IMG/VR virus record: IMGVR_UViG_3300028048_000080
Location: 1-64,000 of that record
Strand: one strand, 5' to 3'
DNA length: 64,000 bases
From: a virus
Taxonomy: Duplodnaviria; Caudoviricetes
This document shows positions 28,601 to 37,800 of this stretch, one piece after another. The position numbers and the translations under genes were made by a program. Within the stretch, counting starts at the first letter, position 1, and every line of letters starts with the position of its first letter. Below the pieces are notes generated by a model. The model had not been told where the DNA came from. It saw only the letters and a list, made by a program, of their open reading frames with translations, and did not search any database.

Positions 28601-30610
28601 CTTAATGGAGAAATTCTTGATACGATATACGGCGCGTTCAAGGGATGGACCGATATGAATATATTTAATAGTCGGGGTATATCCACTCAAAGATTCGATA
28701 GAAACGTGGAGTTTGTTTTTAGCAACGATAGGCAGCTTTACGTACTTAGCTGTATGGATAAGCTCGCCGTTATCGACGGAACAGGTAAGAGTATAGCGCG
28801 CAGCCATAATATTTTTAACGGCCAATGGATACATGCCCGTCTTAGTAATCGTAATCCGTACATGACGACTGGTCTGAAAATCGTAGTCGAATACTTTGGC
28901 CTCAGTAAAGAAGCCCGACTTGTCTACATCCAAAACGCCGTCCAATTCAAATTCTACCGTAGCGCATCCTTGACTGCCGCCAAGCTCATAATGAAGACTG
29001 GCGCAATCCATATCGATCATCAACTTGCTTTCTGAGTCCGTTCCAGAAGCCGTAATTTCAGTAGCGCTAATTAACTCAAAAGAACCGTTGTAAGTTACGA
29101 AATTGGTATCGTTAGTATAATTAGTTTGCTGACATTCAACGGGGATAGTTACGGGCATACCCTGCATGCCAGATATATCCATAGTAAGCGACCCCTTATT
29201 GCTATCGGGGCCGATAGTTAAACCGCCGCCGACCACATCGATTAAGTTCTTGGATTCATCCAATAGAGTGAGCTTGTCAGCGTGAGCTTTAACATCCGTA
29301 TTCTGAAGTACGCCATTAACAAATTTGAAAGCTCCCGTTTCTTTAAGCAAGGGAGTTACCGTATTATCATTGTGGATAACGTCGCAGCTATCAATGGTCA
29401 TTACGCCGAACGGTTCTTTAGCCGTGAATTCCAACGTGTAAGGAGTATTGATATCTATATTGCCATGGGCGATTTCCGTATTAGCTCCTGGATCTTCTAC
29501 GATGTCTTCGAGGTAGCAGGTGAGCTTGCCATCCAATTTTTTTCGCGCCGTTATATTGATAATATCAGGGGATATCTCTTTAGCCGGAGTGGCTACGATG
29601 CGGTACTCTATATTACGTTCTACGAGCTCGTCACGATATTTACGTAACGTCAAGGAAATGTCTTTCTTGATGCCCTGTTTACGAACATAATCATTTATCA
29701 GCTTAGAAGACGTCTTGTATCCCATTACGCTAATGTCAGTAGTATCGCTTTCAGAATCGGAACCGGATAGCTTAACCTTGAGATCGTCCCTCTGCCCGGT
29801 GCCTTTCTGATAGACTTCGAGAGGTACATCCCAACGGTTATTTAGGTACTCAACTTTTTTAAAATCATTTTCCCAGTAGCTCTTATTCCATACCTTCTTG
29901 CGGGCGATATCTTTATTCAGCGTACTGAGCTTCTCGTAGATAATTTCGCCATCGCTATCTTTTAAGAACATGTTGTCCGCCGTAGGGCATTCAAATTTAA
30001 TATCTTCCGGTTCTAAGTTATCGTAGTTCATCACCGCATTGATGATAGCGTTTTTTAGCCCATCTTCGGTAGAGGACTGCGGACGGCGATAAGCAGCATA
30101 AATTCGGTCAGCCAATTGAAGGTTGGTTTCTCCTTCGTAACGTTCTAGTCCGCTAAATAAAGCGAATTCGTCGAATACGTTCCAGAGGGGAGTCTTGATT
30201 AAATTAACTTTATGATTAAAGCCGTTGTGCTCATATTCAAAAGTGCCATTGCCTTCGGCGGCGAACATAACATAGCCATCCTGGTATAAAGCCAGAGTGT
30301 CGGGAGCATCCAAAAATTTACGGGGGTCGGTAGTAATCTCCATACCGTTGACTGGAGTAATATCATCCAGCTCTCCTACGTGAGCTATATATACGAACGA
30401 TAAAACATCGTCTTCTAGTCCGGCATATCTTTTTAAGAAGAAGCCGTCTTTGAATTCTTCAAAGGCAGCTTCGAGAGTGTCGTTTTCGTCGGTAACGGAA
30501 GAAATGTAACGGCCACCGACAGAAGTACGGGGGCGCTTATTAATATCCATCCACTGAGGGAAATGTTCTAACGCTCTAGCGTTCGCTTCTTTACTGTCAA
30601 ATTTCGCCAT
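25625..30610 (-). CDS. large baseplate wedge protein with P2 gpI-like N-terminal region, 1661 aa
   Basis: FDEFALFSGLERYEGETNLQLADRI...STEDGLKNAI resembles the gpI-type wedge motif; directly follows the J-like gene. Confidence 0.6.
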   Translation of the reverse strand: MAKFDSKEANARALEHFPQWMDINKRPRTSVGGRYISSVTDENDTLEAAFEEFKDGFFLKRYAGLEDDVLSFVYIAHVGELDDITPVNGMEITTDPRKFLDAPDTLALYQDGYVMFAAEGNGTFEYEHNGFNHKVNLIKTPLWNVFDEFALFSGLERYEGETNLQLADRIYAAYRRPQSSTEDGLKNAIINAVMNYDNLEPEDIKFECPTADNMFLKDSDGEIIYEKLSTLNKDIARKKVWNKSYWENDFKKVEYLNNRWDVPLEVYQKGTGQRDDLKVKLSGSDSESDTTDISVMGYKTSSKLINDYVRKQGIKKDISLTLRKYRDELVERNIEYRIVATPAKEISPDIINITARKKLDGKLTCYLEDIVEDPGANTEIAHGNIDINTPYTLEFTAKEPFGVMTIDSCDVIHNDNTVTPLLKETGAFKFVNGVLQNTDVKAHADKLTLLDESKNLIDVVGGGLTIGPDSNKGSLTMDISGMQGMPVTIPVECQQTNYTNDTNFVTYNGSFELISATEITASGTDSESKLMIDMDCASLHYELGGSQGCATVEFELDGVLDVDKSGFFTEAKVFDYDFQTSRHVRITITKTGMYPLAVKNIMAARYTLTCSVDNGELIHTAKYVKLPIVAKNKLHVSIESLSGYTPTIKYIHIGPSLERAVYRIKNFSIKKNGRLSIDTNCHIKLYKNGQLISNNYSTRTSYRNDTNHNTSLVVNVNSFLSIHDSSKVIESIAYRGMKRGAITLKPGEEIESVEIIGKVLKDKMSTSLRDFLNIQPNEKLYVAGNARSFIVMDVNGNTSLVKCDRSMFPYETDQVEFDGLPKGTKAAFVMDNAKGVENISNVAETGSFEYAYIKNTDAKDYVAYNSVSMMQSPVDNVAIVNTFSPAVNLNELLFYRIMEVNTQSTKASAQFSYVGANGMTFRDWALGDNHNGIHVEYDFSFGNTDAYQLDFDSIDETFSLSNAIKLKDTYERKNETYDLARYLVTPPDDMKISYRSETVQEKLTVAIDGFNKLWYSNIQEILSIEIGGNIIPESRYQLIDDAGIIVWHNMSEKVGAEANIIYRYSRPDSLEFKDLSSLYELVGYSVDAYEPMLERPMTIKNMRHGDSRDIIIGGMKPDRIIIRCSNDNFRAVIDKARVTVQRQSCSSGVMVHSGYYYDQDKEYYLFEHDFDEEANQMKNVELERIQKNSGSLFGIRESGNYLLDTNMNNGKFLEKMCHIDCHDHQERIEGISDVRAITACESYQQWHDFNMDIKLVSGLNGLGIQFHSNEVGAYALLNISDQVEEGSYLTFYADASLKVYIMREVYADDDSMRKSIYCEMLDECAIDGKIRSYKFENVDERRLYLCVSGDGVIDDIIIRKDLDKEPYLENVHSKSISVIGFDIKENIPRATVIPVNFTAEGNQFDGLEISDGGVLETGATVDWGVTKLVDFKDSIERTVCYRVNQRKGAFYSGSERGTIKTPWKYLPSISSADVIFVKVNDVLLKELKDFDIRVFTASDMYGHGAKEIFYQRKANLVSIPATALSAYIQIVVEMPPARVINSIEIYARYVEKKNQTLHVSESLQGTMTSKVYDLVTTSNYRLGRIDADSVTHPENIHVMIRGLRQDGDHAVWTSWYPCEMDSELNCVSSHDFYDYRFFQFKIEISDMDASAKINNFLFEVI

Positions 30611-31406
30611 TTAACGAATCCCCCATCCAACTGATATTATCGAAAATAAATTTGGAATCAATTTGCTGCATTACCTTTGTGCCGCTTATCTGCTGTCCGT
30701 CAATATTTAAGGACAATACATTATAGAAATCCACGTTAGGCATATTCACGCCAAACTTATTGATTGTGCCGACGGAAAGATAATCGCCAGGAGCTATGCT
30801 GTTAACGTATTCCTTGATCATAGCAGTAAGCTGATTTCTAATAGCCGTTTCATCGCCATTGTTGGTTTCGAGATATATCTCGAAACTTACGGCTCTAATT
30901 TCAGGGATTATATAATCAACGTACGCGCCGGCAGCACCAGTACGTTTAATCCGCTCATGAGCTTCCTGCAAGGATAATTGAATATTTTCCTCCGTGTAAC
31001 TTTTAGGAATTACGTAGCACGTTCCGGTGCCCGTACCGTTAGTCAAGGGGACATACTGCAAGTTAGCCGCGTAGGTGGGATTGAGAAGGGCTGTGTTAAT
31101 GGCCGTTTCCGTCGCGCCTTCCTTCAAGTGTTTCCACTGCATTAAACGGTAACGGTAGGATTCATCAGATTCACCCACTTCGCGGGGGACGTTTACCCAT
31201 ATGCCCGTATCGTCTAATTCTTTGTCTTCGAGCTTGCTCCAGACATGAGGCGTTTTATTATTTTCGAGAGTAAGGTAAATCTGAGCGGCTTCATCGGCTA
31301 CCGCCGCAGTGAACAAACCGAGAATAGCGCCGGGTTCGTCACCGGCCTTATCTATAAAACGTTTCTGTATATCGTTATACACTTCTTCTGAAGTTCTTAC
31401 GCTCAC
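30597..31406 (-). CDS. baseplate J-like wedge protein (compact), 269 aa
   Basis: ELDDTGIWVNVPR, ESDESYRYRL, GATETAI, GTGTCYV and YVNSIAPGDYL...MPNVD are baseplate-J hallmarks. Confidence 0.8.
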   Translation of the reverse strand: MSVRTSEEVYNDIQKRFIDKAGDEPGAILGLFTAAVADEAAQIYLTLENNKTPHVWSKLEDKELDDTGIWVNVPREVGESDESYRYRLMQWKHLKEGATETAINTALLNPTYAANLQYVPLTNGTGTGTCYVIPKSYTEENIQLSLQEAHERIKRTGAAGAYVDYIIPEIRAVSFEIYLETNNGDETAIRNQLTAMIKEYVNSIAPGDYLSVGTINKFGVNMPNVDFYNVLSLNIDGQQISGTKVMQQIDSKFIFDNISWMGDSLNGEI

Positions 31407-31409
31407 TGT

Positions 31410-31907
31410 TTACACCTCCATCTGGAAATTATAGATTTCCTTATTACCATTATAGATATATACGTTTACGTTTTGCCATGAGAAAACGTGGCCATACATT
31501 TCCTGTTTGCGGACAATTACTGACGGATCATCCAACACGAAAGATACCTGTTCCAATACGGCATCCCGTACTTCGTTCAAAACGGCTTCCGAAGTTACAT
31601 CCAGATGCTTGGCGCGCACCACTCTTGATGCTGCGCGAGTGAGCAGCAGAACGCGTTGCCGAAGCTCTTCATCGCCTCCACAAGAATCGATAGAATTTTT
31701 ACGGGAAACTCTGTCGGTGTCTATAAAAAACATCAGTGGCGGCGCTACGTTATCACTCGGATTCTCATAGCTTTGGCTGGGACCGGTCATAAAAGAAAGT
31801 TTAACGGCAGGATTGTCGGTATTTTTCCAGGATAACTTCAATGAGCACAGTGGGTCATGACGGCTCGCTACGAGATCTCCAGCGTTATTTATTTTTAGGT
31901 CAATCAT
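31410..31907 (-). CDS. putative baseplate wedge / sheath-initiator (gp25-like) protein, 165 aa
   Basis: MIDLKINNAGDL start and ELRQRVLL segment; canonical position just before baseplate J. Confidence 0.55.
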   Translation of the reverse strand: MIDLKINNAGDLVASRHDPLCSLKLSWKNTDNPAVKLSFMTGPSQSYENPSDNVAPPLMFFIDTDRVSRKNSIDSCGGDEELRQRVLLLTRAASRVVRAKHLDVTSEAVLNEVRDAVLEQVSFVLDDPSVIVRKQEMYGHVFSWQNVNVYIYNGNKEIYNFQMEV

Positions 31908-31919
31908 ATTTTAAGTCAC

Positions 31920-33137
31920 CTACAATCCTAGTTTTACACTGCCGCCAAGTTTGCCTAGCGCACTGCCGAGATTAATGCCGATTTCCTTAGATATCTTTTT
32001 AGCGAGTTGTTTGGTCTGGTCCTTGATGAAGTTGGTAGCCATGTCCTGATATTTCTTAATAGCTTCTTTAAAAGCTTTTTCGGCGGCCACTATGCGCGCC
32101 TGCAGCTTAGCCACTTTAATGGTTATTTTTTCGATGGTCTTGACATGCTTTTTTATAAAAGGCTGTAATTTAGCGGATACTTTGGTACCAACGTTGGTGT
32201 TAATTTTCCCTAGTACCGGCCCCAAAATCTTTTTGGAATTAATGGATTTTCCCGTTTTGCTCTGCACGCTGGAATCGATGCTTTTAAAGAACTTATCCAG
32301 ATTGGTAAACTTATTAAGACTTGAAGAAATACTCTTTGTTACTGCCAGCGCAGCATCTTTTTCTTTCATTTTCTCATAGCTCTGCAACTTTCCTGAGGCT
32401 TTTTTTAAGTCGTTATAAATGTTTTTTTCTTTTGACATTATCGAGTTAACCGACGTAAGAGCTTGCTTCGTTGCGCGATTACTCTGGCTCAAAATCCCCT
32501 TCGTCTGTTTGTCGATATAATCCGTCAGATACTTGTCGATTTGGCTCACAGCCTGAGTAATCAAAGGAGATTGCGTAATGGATACAGTTTTATGCCCGCG
32601 AATTACGGCGCGCATTTCGGTATATTTTTCATCCGTAATCTTGCCGCTTGCCTTCAGGCTGTCCAGTTCTTTCTGCATGTCTTCTTCAAGGCGTTTGGAT
32701 AAAAGCTGTTGGGAAAGCTTATGAATCTCCTCTGAGACATTATTTTGATCCAGCGATGATAGAGTTTGTTCTACTCCTTTAACTTCCTGTACTTTACTGG
32801 ACCATCTATCCAAAGCCTTGGAGCGTTCTTTTTCCAACTTCTTCAGCTCTTTGTCGGCTTTTTTGGTAAGAGGGTGGATGCGATTAAGATCGTTGATTTT
32901 CTGATCAAGCTCTTTCACCTTATCCATCTCTTTTTGAGCTTCAGCATTTTTCTCGTTAATTTTTACCTGAGCCTTCGCCGCAATAGTCTTTTCTTTTTCC
33001 GCTTTCTTTTTGGCTTCTTTTTCAGCTTTTTCCTTAGCTTTGATGGCAGCAATTTTAGCTTTAGCCTCGTCCGCTATTCTCTTTTTTTCGGCTGCTTCTA
33101 TGGTAAGCTGTTTTTCCACATCCGCAATGCTAAGCAT
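31920..33137 (-). CDS. Lys-rich coiled-coil hypothetical protein, 405 aa
   Basis: AAGGAG SD; almost entirely helical and strongly basic. Confidence 0.7.
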   Translation of the reverse strand: MLSIADVEKQLTIEAAEKKRIADEAKAKIAAIKAKEKAEKEAKKKAEKEKTIAAKAQVKINEKNAEAQKEMDKVKELDQKINDLNRIHPLTKKADKELKKLEKERSKALDRWSSKVQEVKGVEQTLSSLDQNNVSEEIHKLSQQLLSKRLEEDMQKELDSLKASGKITDEKYTEMRAVIRGHKTVSITQSPLITQAVSQIDKYLTDYIDKQTKGILSQSNRATKQALTSVNSIMSKEKNIYNDLKKASGKLQSYEKMKEKDAALAVTKSISSSLNKFTNLDKFFKSIDSSVQSKTGKSINSKKILGPVLGKINTNVGTKVSAKLQPFIKKHVKTIEKITIKVAKLQARIVAAEKAFKEAIKKYQDMATNFIKDQTKQLAKKISKEIGINLGSALGKLGGSVKLGL

Positions 33138-33153
33138 AACATATCTCCTTTAA

Positions 33154-34482
33154 TTAAGATTTTGGTTTGCTGTTATCGCTGGAACTCTTCCCGGCAAATT
33201 GAGTATAAATTTCACGTGCCCTGCTTGCCCGGTCGTCCGCATAGCCGGAAAAACCGCCGCCTTCATATTCCACCGCGAATACTCTAGCCGCTTCTTCAGG
33301 CGTACCGCACCCTTGAGCGCTGTTAAATACACTGGCATATCCGCCATTTAGTTCTTCGGTAGCGAACTTAATTTGAGCTTGGGGAGTCCACCATTCGCCA
33401 TTGGATATAGTAAACAATCTTACGGCACGAGGACCCGTCCATTGTGCTAAGCCGATTCCAGGCATCGGGCCGAGTCCGTCGCCGCCATCATATCCACTAG
33501 GATTTGCGTTAACAAATTTGCTTAAATGAGACATAGCCCATTGTGCGTATTTACTACGGTCTTTTGACTGTTTAACCTGTTGTGACTCGGCTTCATCAAG
33601 GTAGTCCCCTTCTAACGCATCAAATCGTCCACTAGATTCACCAGAAAAACAGCCTAACAACCCTGCTGCTGCGATATCGTTGAACCCCATTTGCTTTAAT
33701 GCAGACCAAAGCGATTGCATATCGCCGCTAGAAATGGAAATATTGGTGTTTAAGCTGCCCTTGCCCGTATTTGGTAAGCCGGTTCCTGTGCCATAATTAG
33801 CATCGGTATTGCGAGCTACGCTGCCTGCTCTATCGATGCCTTCTTTACCGATAAGACTCTTGGCATCTTTGATAATGCCATTAACCTGATACCCTTTATC
33901 AGAAAGGGCCAATATATCCTCGTTAAGCTTGAGCGGGTCATTTATCTTAATAGCCGTATTAATTTCCGGCACATTCAATAGCGGGCCAAACATCGGGCCG
34001 CGCCATGGGCGCCGGATAAGCATATAGCGTTTAAGGTTGGGCTCCCAAGCTTTAACTAAAACGTGGCCACTCAAAGTAAGATTGCCCACGATTACGTTCT
34101 GATTAATAAGCAGTTTTTGAGCCCGCATATCAGCGAGCTCCCATAACTGCGGATTGAGCTTATGCTCATTTACTAAGATTTCATCGACGGTAAACTTCTG
34201 TCGATTAGCGATGGTTTCTTTTTCCATGGCCTGTTCAGTGATACGGCCATTAGGATTCATGTGCACCGAAGCGTACTTGGATGGCGTCATGTTAATCTGT
34301 CCATCTTTTCGTACCACTACGGCCGAACCCGTTATTTCATTTACGATACCCTGCTCGCTCATACGAGAAAGGTTATCAGCCTTGTCGCGAATTTGTTTTA
34401 ACGACGTAGAAAAATTTTTCGGTTCATCAGGCTCAATTGCTACATTGATGCTTCCCGATGATGCATTCTTTATTTCTTTCAT
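33154..34482 (-). CDS. tail-associated peptidoglycan hydrolase with C-terminal phage tail lysozyme (Phage_lysozyme2-type) domain, 442 aa
   Basis: GFNDIAAAGLLGCFSGES, GIGLAQWTGPR, QIKFATEEL, TPEEAARVFAVEYE, RASRAREIY; start at 34482 has an AGGAGAG SD. Confidence 0.85.
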   Translation of the reverse strand: MKEIKNASSGSINVAIEPDEPKNFSTSLKQIRDKADNLSRMSEQGIVNEITGSAVVVRKDGQINMTPSKYASVHMNPNGRITEQAMEKETIANRQKFTVDEILVNEHKLNPQLWELADMRAQKLLINQNVIVGNLTLSGHVLVKAWEPNLKRYMLIRRPWRGPMFGPLLNVPEINTAIKINDPLKLNEDILALSDKGYQVNGIIKDAKSLIGKEGIDRAGSVARNTDANYGTGTGLPNTGKGSLNTNISISSGDMQSLWSALKQMGFNDIAAAGLLGCFSGESSGRFDALEGDYLDEAESQQVKQSKDRSKYAQWAMSHLSKFVNANPSGYDGGDGLGPMPGIGLAQWTGPRAVRLFTISNGEWWTPQAQIKFATEELNGGYASVFNSAQGCGTPEEAARVFAVEYEGGGFSGYADDRASRAREIYTQFAGKSSSDNSKPKS

Positions 34483-34490
34483 GCTCTCTC

Positions 34491-34862
34491 CTACATGATA
34501 CAGCCGCCAGGGGGCTGACACCCCCCGCCGTCACTGAATACATCCTGACGAAGCTGTCGTTTGGAACGCACGTCCATGGCATAGTTGCCGACGTGACGAG
34601 CCACTACTACGCAGGTATCGCCAGTATCTTCTACTACTACTGCGTCATTAACTGCCGGAAACCAGTCTGCACCGTTACCGTACAATCTGACGACTACATT
34701 ATCTCTATTACGTTTCCTACCGCCCTTATCGATGTATTTTATACTAACCGTATTATTCGATTCGTCGGAGTCCGTTACGACACCGATGGTCGTAATACCC
34801 ACGTTAACGCGGGCGGCGGGATTTACTACTTCACTCTGCAGTTTGTCTTTCAATGCTGCCAT
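34491..34862 (-). CDS. baseplate spike OB-fold protein (gp5/gpV N-terminal-like), 123 aa
   Basis: GVVT...NTVSIKY...WFPAVNDAVVV pattern; lies between the hub and the lysozyme. Confidence 0.65.
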   Translation of the reverse strand: MAALKDKLQSEVVNPAARVNVGITTIGVVTDSDESNNTVSIKYIDKGGRKRNRDNVVVRLYGNGADWFPAVNDAVVVEDTGDTCVVVARHVGNYAMDVRSKRQLRQDVFSDGGGCQPPGGCIM

Positions 34863-37800
34863 TTACGATATCCCCCAATTCTTTGTCCTTTTTCTGGCCT
34901 TCTTCCGATATCCGAATAAGATAATCGGTGTCATCTTCTCCTTCACGGCGAGCAACATCTTCACTTTCCGTTTTTTCAGATTTTTGTTCGACGCTTCCGC
35001 GCTCCTCTCCATTGCCAGAAACTTTAGCCATACGAACTACGATGGCTACTTTCGTTTTATCCGTGCTATCTACGGAAACGTCAAATAAGGCCGTTTCGCC
35101 CAAACCATTTTTCTCGGCGTCAGCTTTAATCTCATCCTGTAAGTCCTTGATAGCGGAAGCGAGCGGAGTTACTGCGTTATCCACGCCTTGTAGGATAAAG
35201 GTATGCCCCGCCGCGGCCAACGACTGAGTATCGCCGATTCTGAGCGCTGACTCAAGAGCTATGAACGAACTCTTGGTCTGCTCGTAAGATTCGTACGGGT
35301 CAGACGAGTTGGCGGCCGGCATATAGTTCTTAGCCCGTCGAATAATCTCGTACAAGATATTCAAAGCATCGCGACTAAGAAGAGGAACGTCGTATACTAT
35401 CGCGCCGTTATCCAGCTTATATTTAATAACTTTGACGTAGGTTTCTTCGCCACGGATTCTCATAATCTGGCTGTCTACGTAAGCACCTTCATTAAGTGCC
35501 GGAGTTTCGTGGATAATCTTGAAGAACCCCTCTTCGCTGTATGGACGCAAACGGTTATCCGAGCTGATAAGATAGAAGTTTTTAAGCTTAGGGTCGGTAA
35601 GATACTTGTTAATATCGAGCATAGCAAAATGTTTATACGCCGACAGCACTTCATTTCCTTTAGAGAAGTCCGCTCTCGGAGTCATCTGCATAGCGCGGTA
35701 ATCATTCTTTAATTGCGCGCCGGCCTGAGGAGAAGAAAAGCTCGTACGCAAAGACTCGTTGAAGTCATCTTTATTCATGGTCGGGTCGCCATTCTCATCG
35801 ATGGTGCCCGCTTTATGTGCCGCGCTGTTCTTGGCCATAGACCACACTTCCGGATCATCAAAGATGGCCGCCGAGAAGTTAGCTATCGCCATAGACGGGT
35901 CATTAGTATTGACTCCCAACGCTTCACCTTGAGCATCTTTGCCTGGGGCTTCGATGCCGGTCATGCCATTAAAGATTTTGGTGTACGGGCCGTTATCTCC
36001 GAAGGAAGGTGTGCCGTATACCATGCCCTTAGTACCCGCTATGCCAGCTACCCAGGCTCTGCCGTAACGCTTCAGCGGATATAAAGTGATTACTTGGAGG
36101 TTACGAGCATGCTTTTTGAAAAGATTCGTCACAAGATTACCGACAGTTTCTATCACTACAGTTTCGGCGATTGCCAAGGCGGCGCCCGAAATAAGACCTG
36201 CTCCGGTGCCTAACGGACCAACTACCGACCCGATCAATGCCCCGGCCGCGGCGCGTGTAGCCAATTTAGTAAGTAATTTTTCTCCTGCGCTCACGGCCAT
36301 GCCGGCCGCTTTAGGTACTAATTTTCCGCCTGCTTTCGCAAGATTCCAAGCTCCGGCAGCAACAGAATTTTTGGCGGCCAAACTTTCAGCTTTTGCTATG
36401 GTACTGCCAAAGAATTTCTGCCCCACTTGTTTAAGAGCGGCTGCGTCGGAAGCTTTAGTAGCACCACTTTTCCAAATACGGAGAATATTGCCGACTACGG
36501 CTGTATGCGTAGCCCAGGTTATCGCACTCATATCATACCAATGATGAGAAGCGGCTTCGGACTTATCCTGCACCGTATTGATGCAGTCGGGGGATATGGT
36601 GGTAATAAAACCGTTCTCGAGAGACATATGATGCACGACTTCTTTAACCGTGCATTGCCCGCTAATGCCCGTATAGGTATCGTTAATACTGATACGATCA
36701 TGAGGCTTAACGCTAGTGTCGCCTAGAATTACCAGGTCGCCGGCATACATTTCTTTCATCGAATCCTTAAGAGCCGATGCCGTCATGCGCCATGCTATAG
36801 ACTTGGCATTCATGTTATGACCGCCGGTCAAATTAGGATTCCAACAGGAGTTGTCTTCGTCGTTACTGAAAAGCTCATCTACTATCTCGAAGGAAGTCAA
36901 GAAATTAAGTCCGCAAGCTCCGATGTACGGGACGCCTTTAGCGTATAGCTGCGTATCCACTATCATAGATTTCTGATTTTCGGGATAGATGTCAAAGTCG
37001 GCATACAGGGGGCCAACTTTATGCTGTTCTTTATTGTTAGCGGTGGCGGCTACCTGATAAAGCCCCGTAGCGGTGGTCTTCATATTTTGAGAAGTAGCCG
37101 TGATACCATTGCCGATTATATCGCAAGCGGAGCTATAGACGTGGAACTGTTGGAACGGTTTACGTTTTTCGCGAATTACTCCGCTGGTGGACATATAGGA
37201 GTAAGCGTAGTAATAACGCGGCGCACCAACGAAAACGGTCGAACGAAAATCAAATGGCGCAACGGCCGCGATAAAGTCAGGCATTACGCTGCGGCAGATA
37301 TTAATAACGTCCCAAGGGGATTTGCCGAAGACATCGAAGGAAATACTGGGAGCCTGGTCAAACAGCGCTCCTCCATCAGATTCTTCGTCCCATACCGGAG
37401 TTGGCAGAGCGTCAAAGATATTCTGAGTAGGCTCGCCACTGGCTATTATATCTTTGAAATCCTTATCGCCGAAATGGTATATACCGTACGGATTGTCGCC
37501 TAAAAGGTCAGGACGGCCGAAATTCTTAAGCGTTCGAGCAATCCAACCACCTTCCGTGGTAAGCATGTCGTTGATGATATCTTTAGGGTTATTGCCGTTA
37601 GAAAGCCATTTTGCATCTTGGCCAATCTCGTGTCCTTCCATTTCTTCCATTATGGGATTAGTGAGTTCAACGCCGTCACCTTGAGCTACTATGTTAATAG
37701 TAGCTTCCGCGTTAATCTCGGCTATACTGCCGTTAAAGATGATGGGAAGCATAGCAGCGTTAGAACCATATCCGGCGCGCAGATGGATTCTGGCGCCGGC

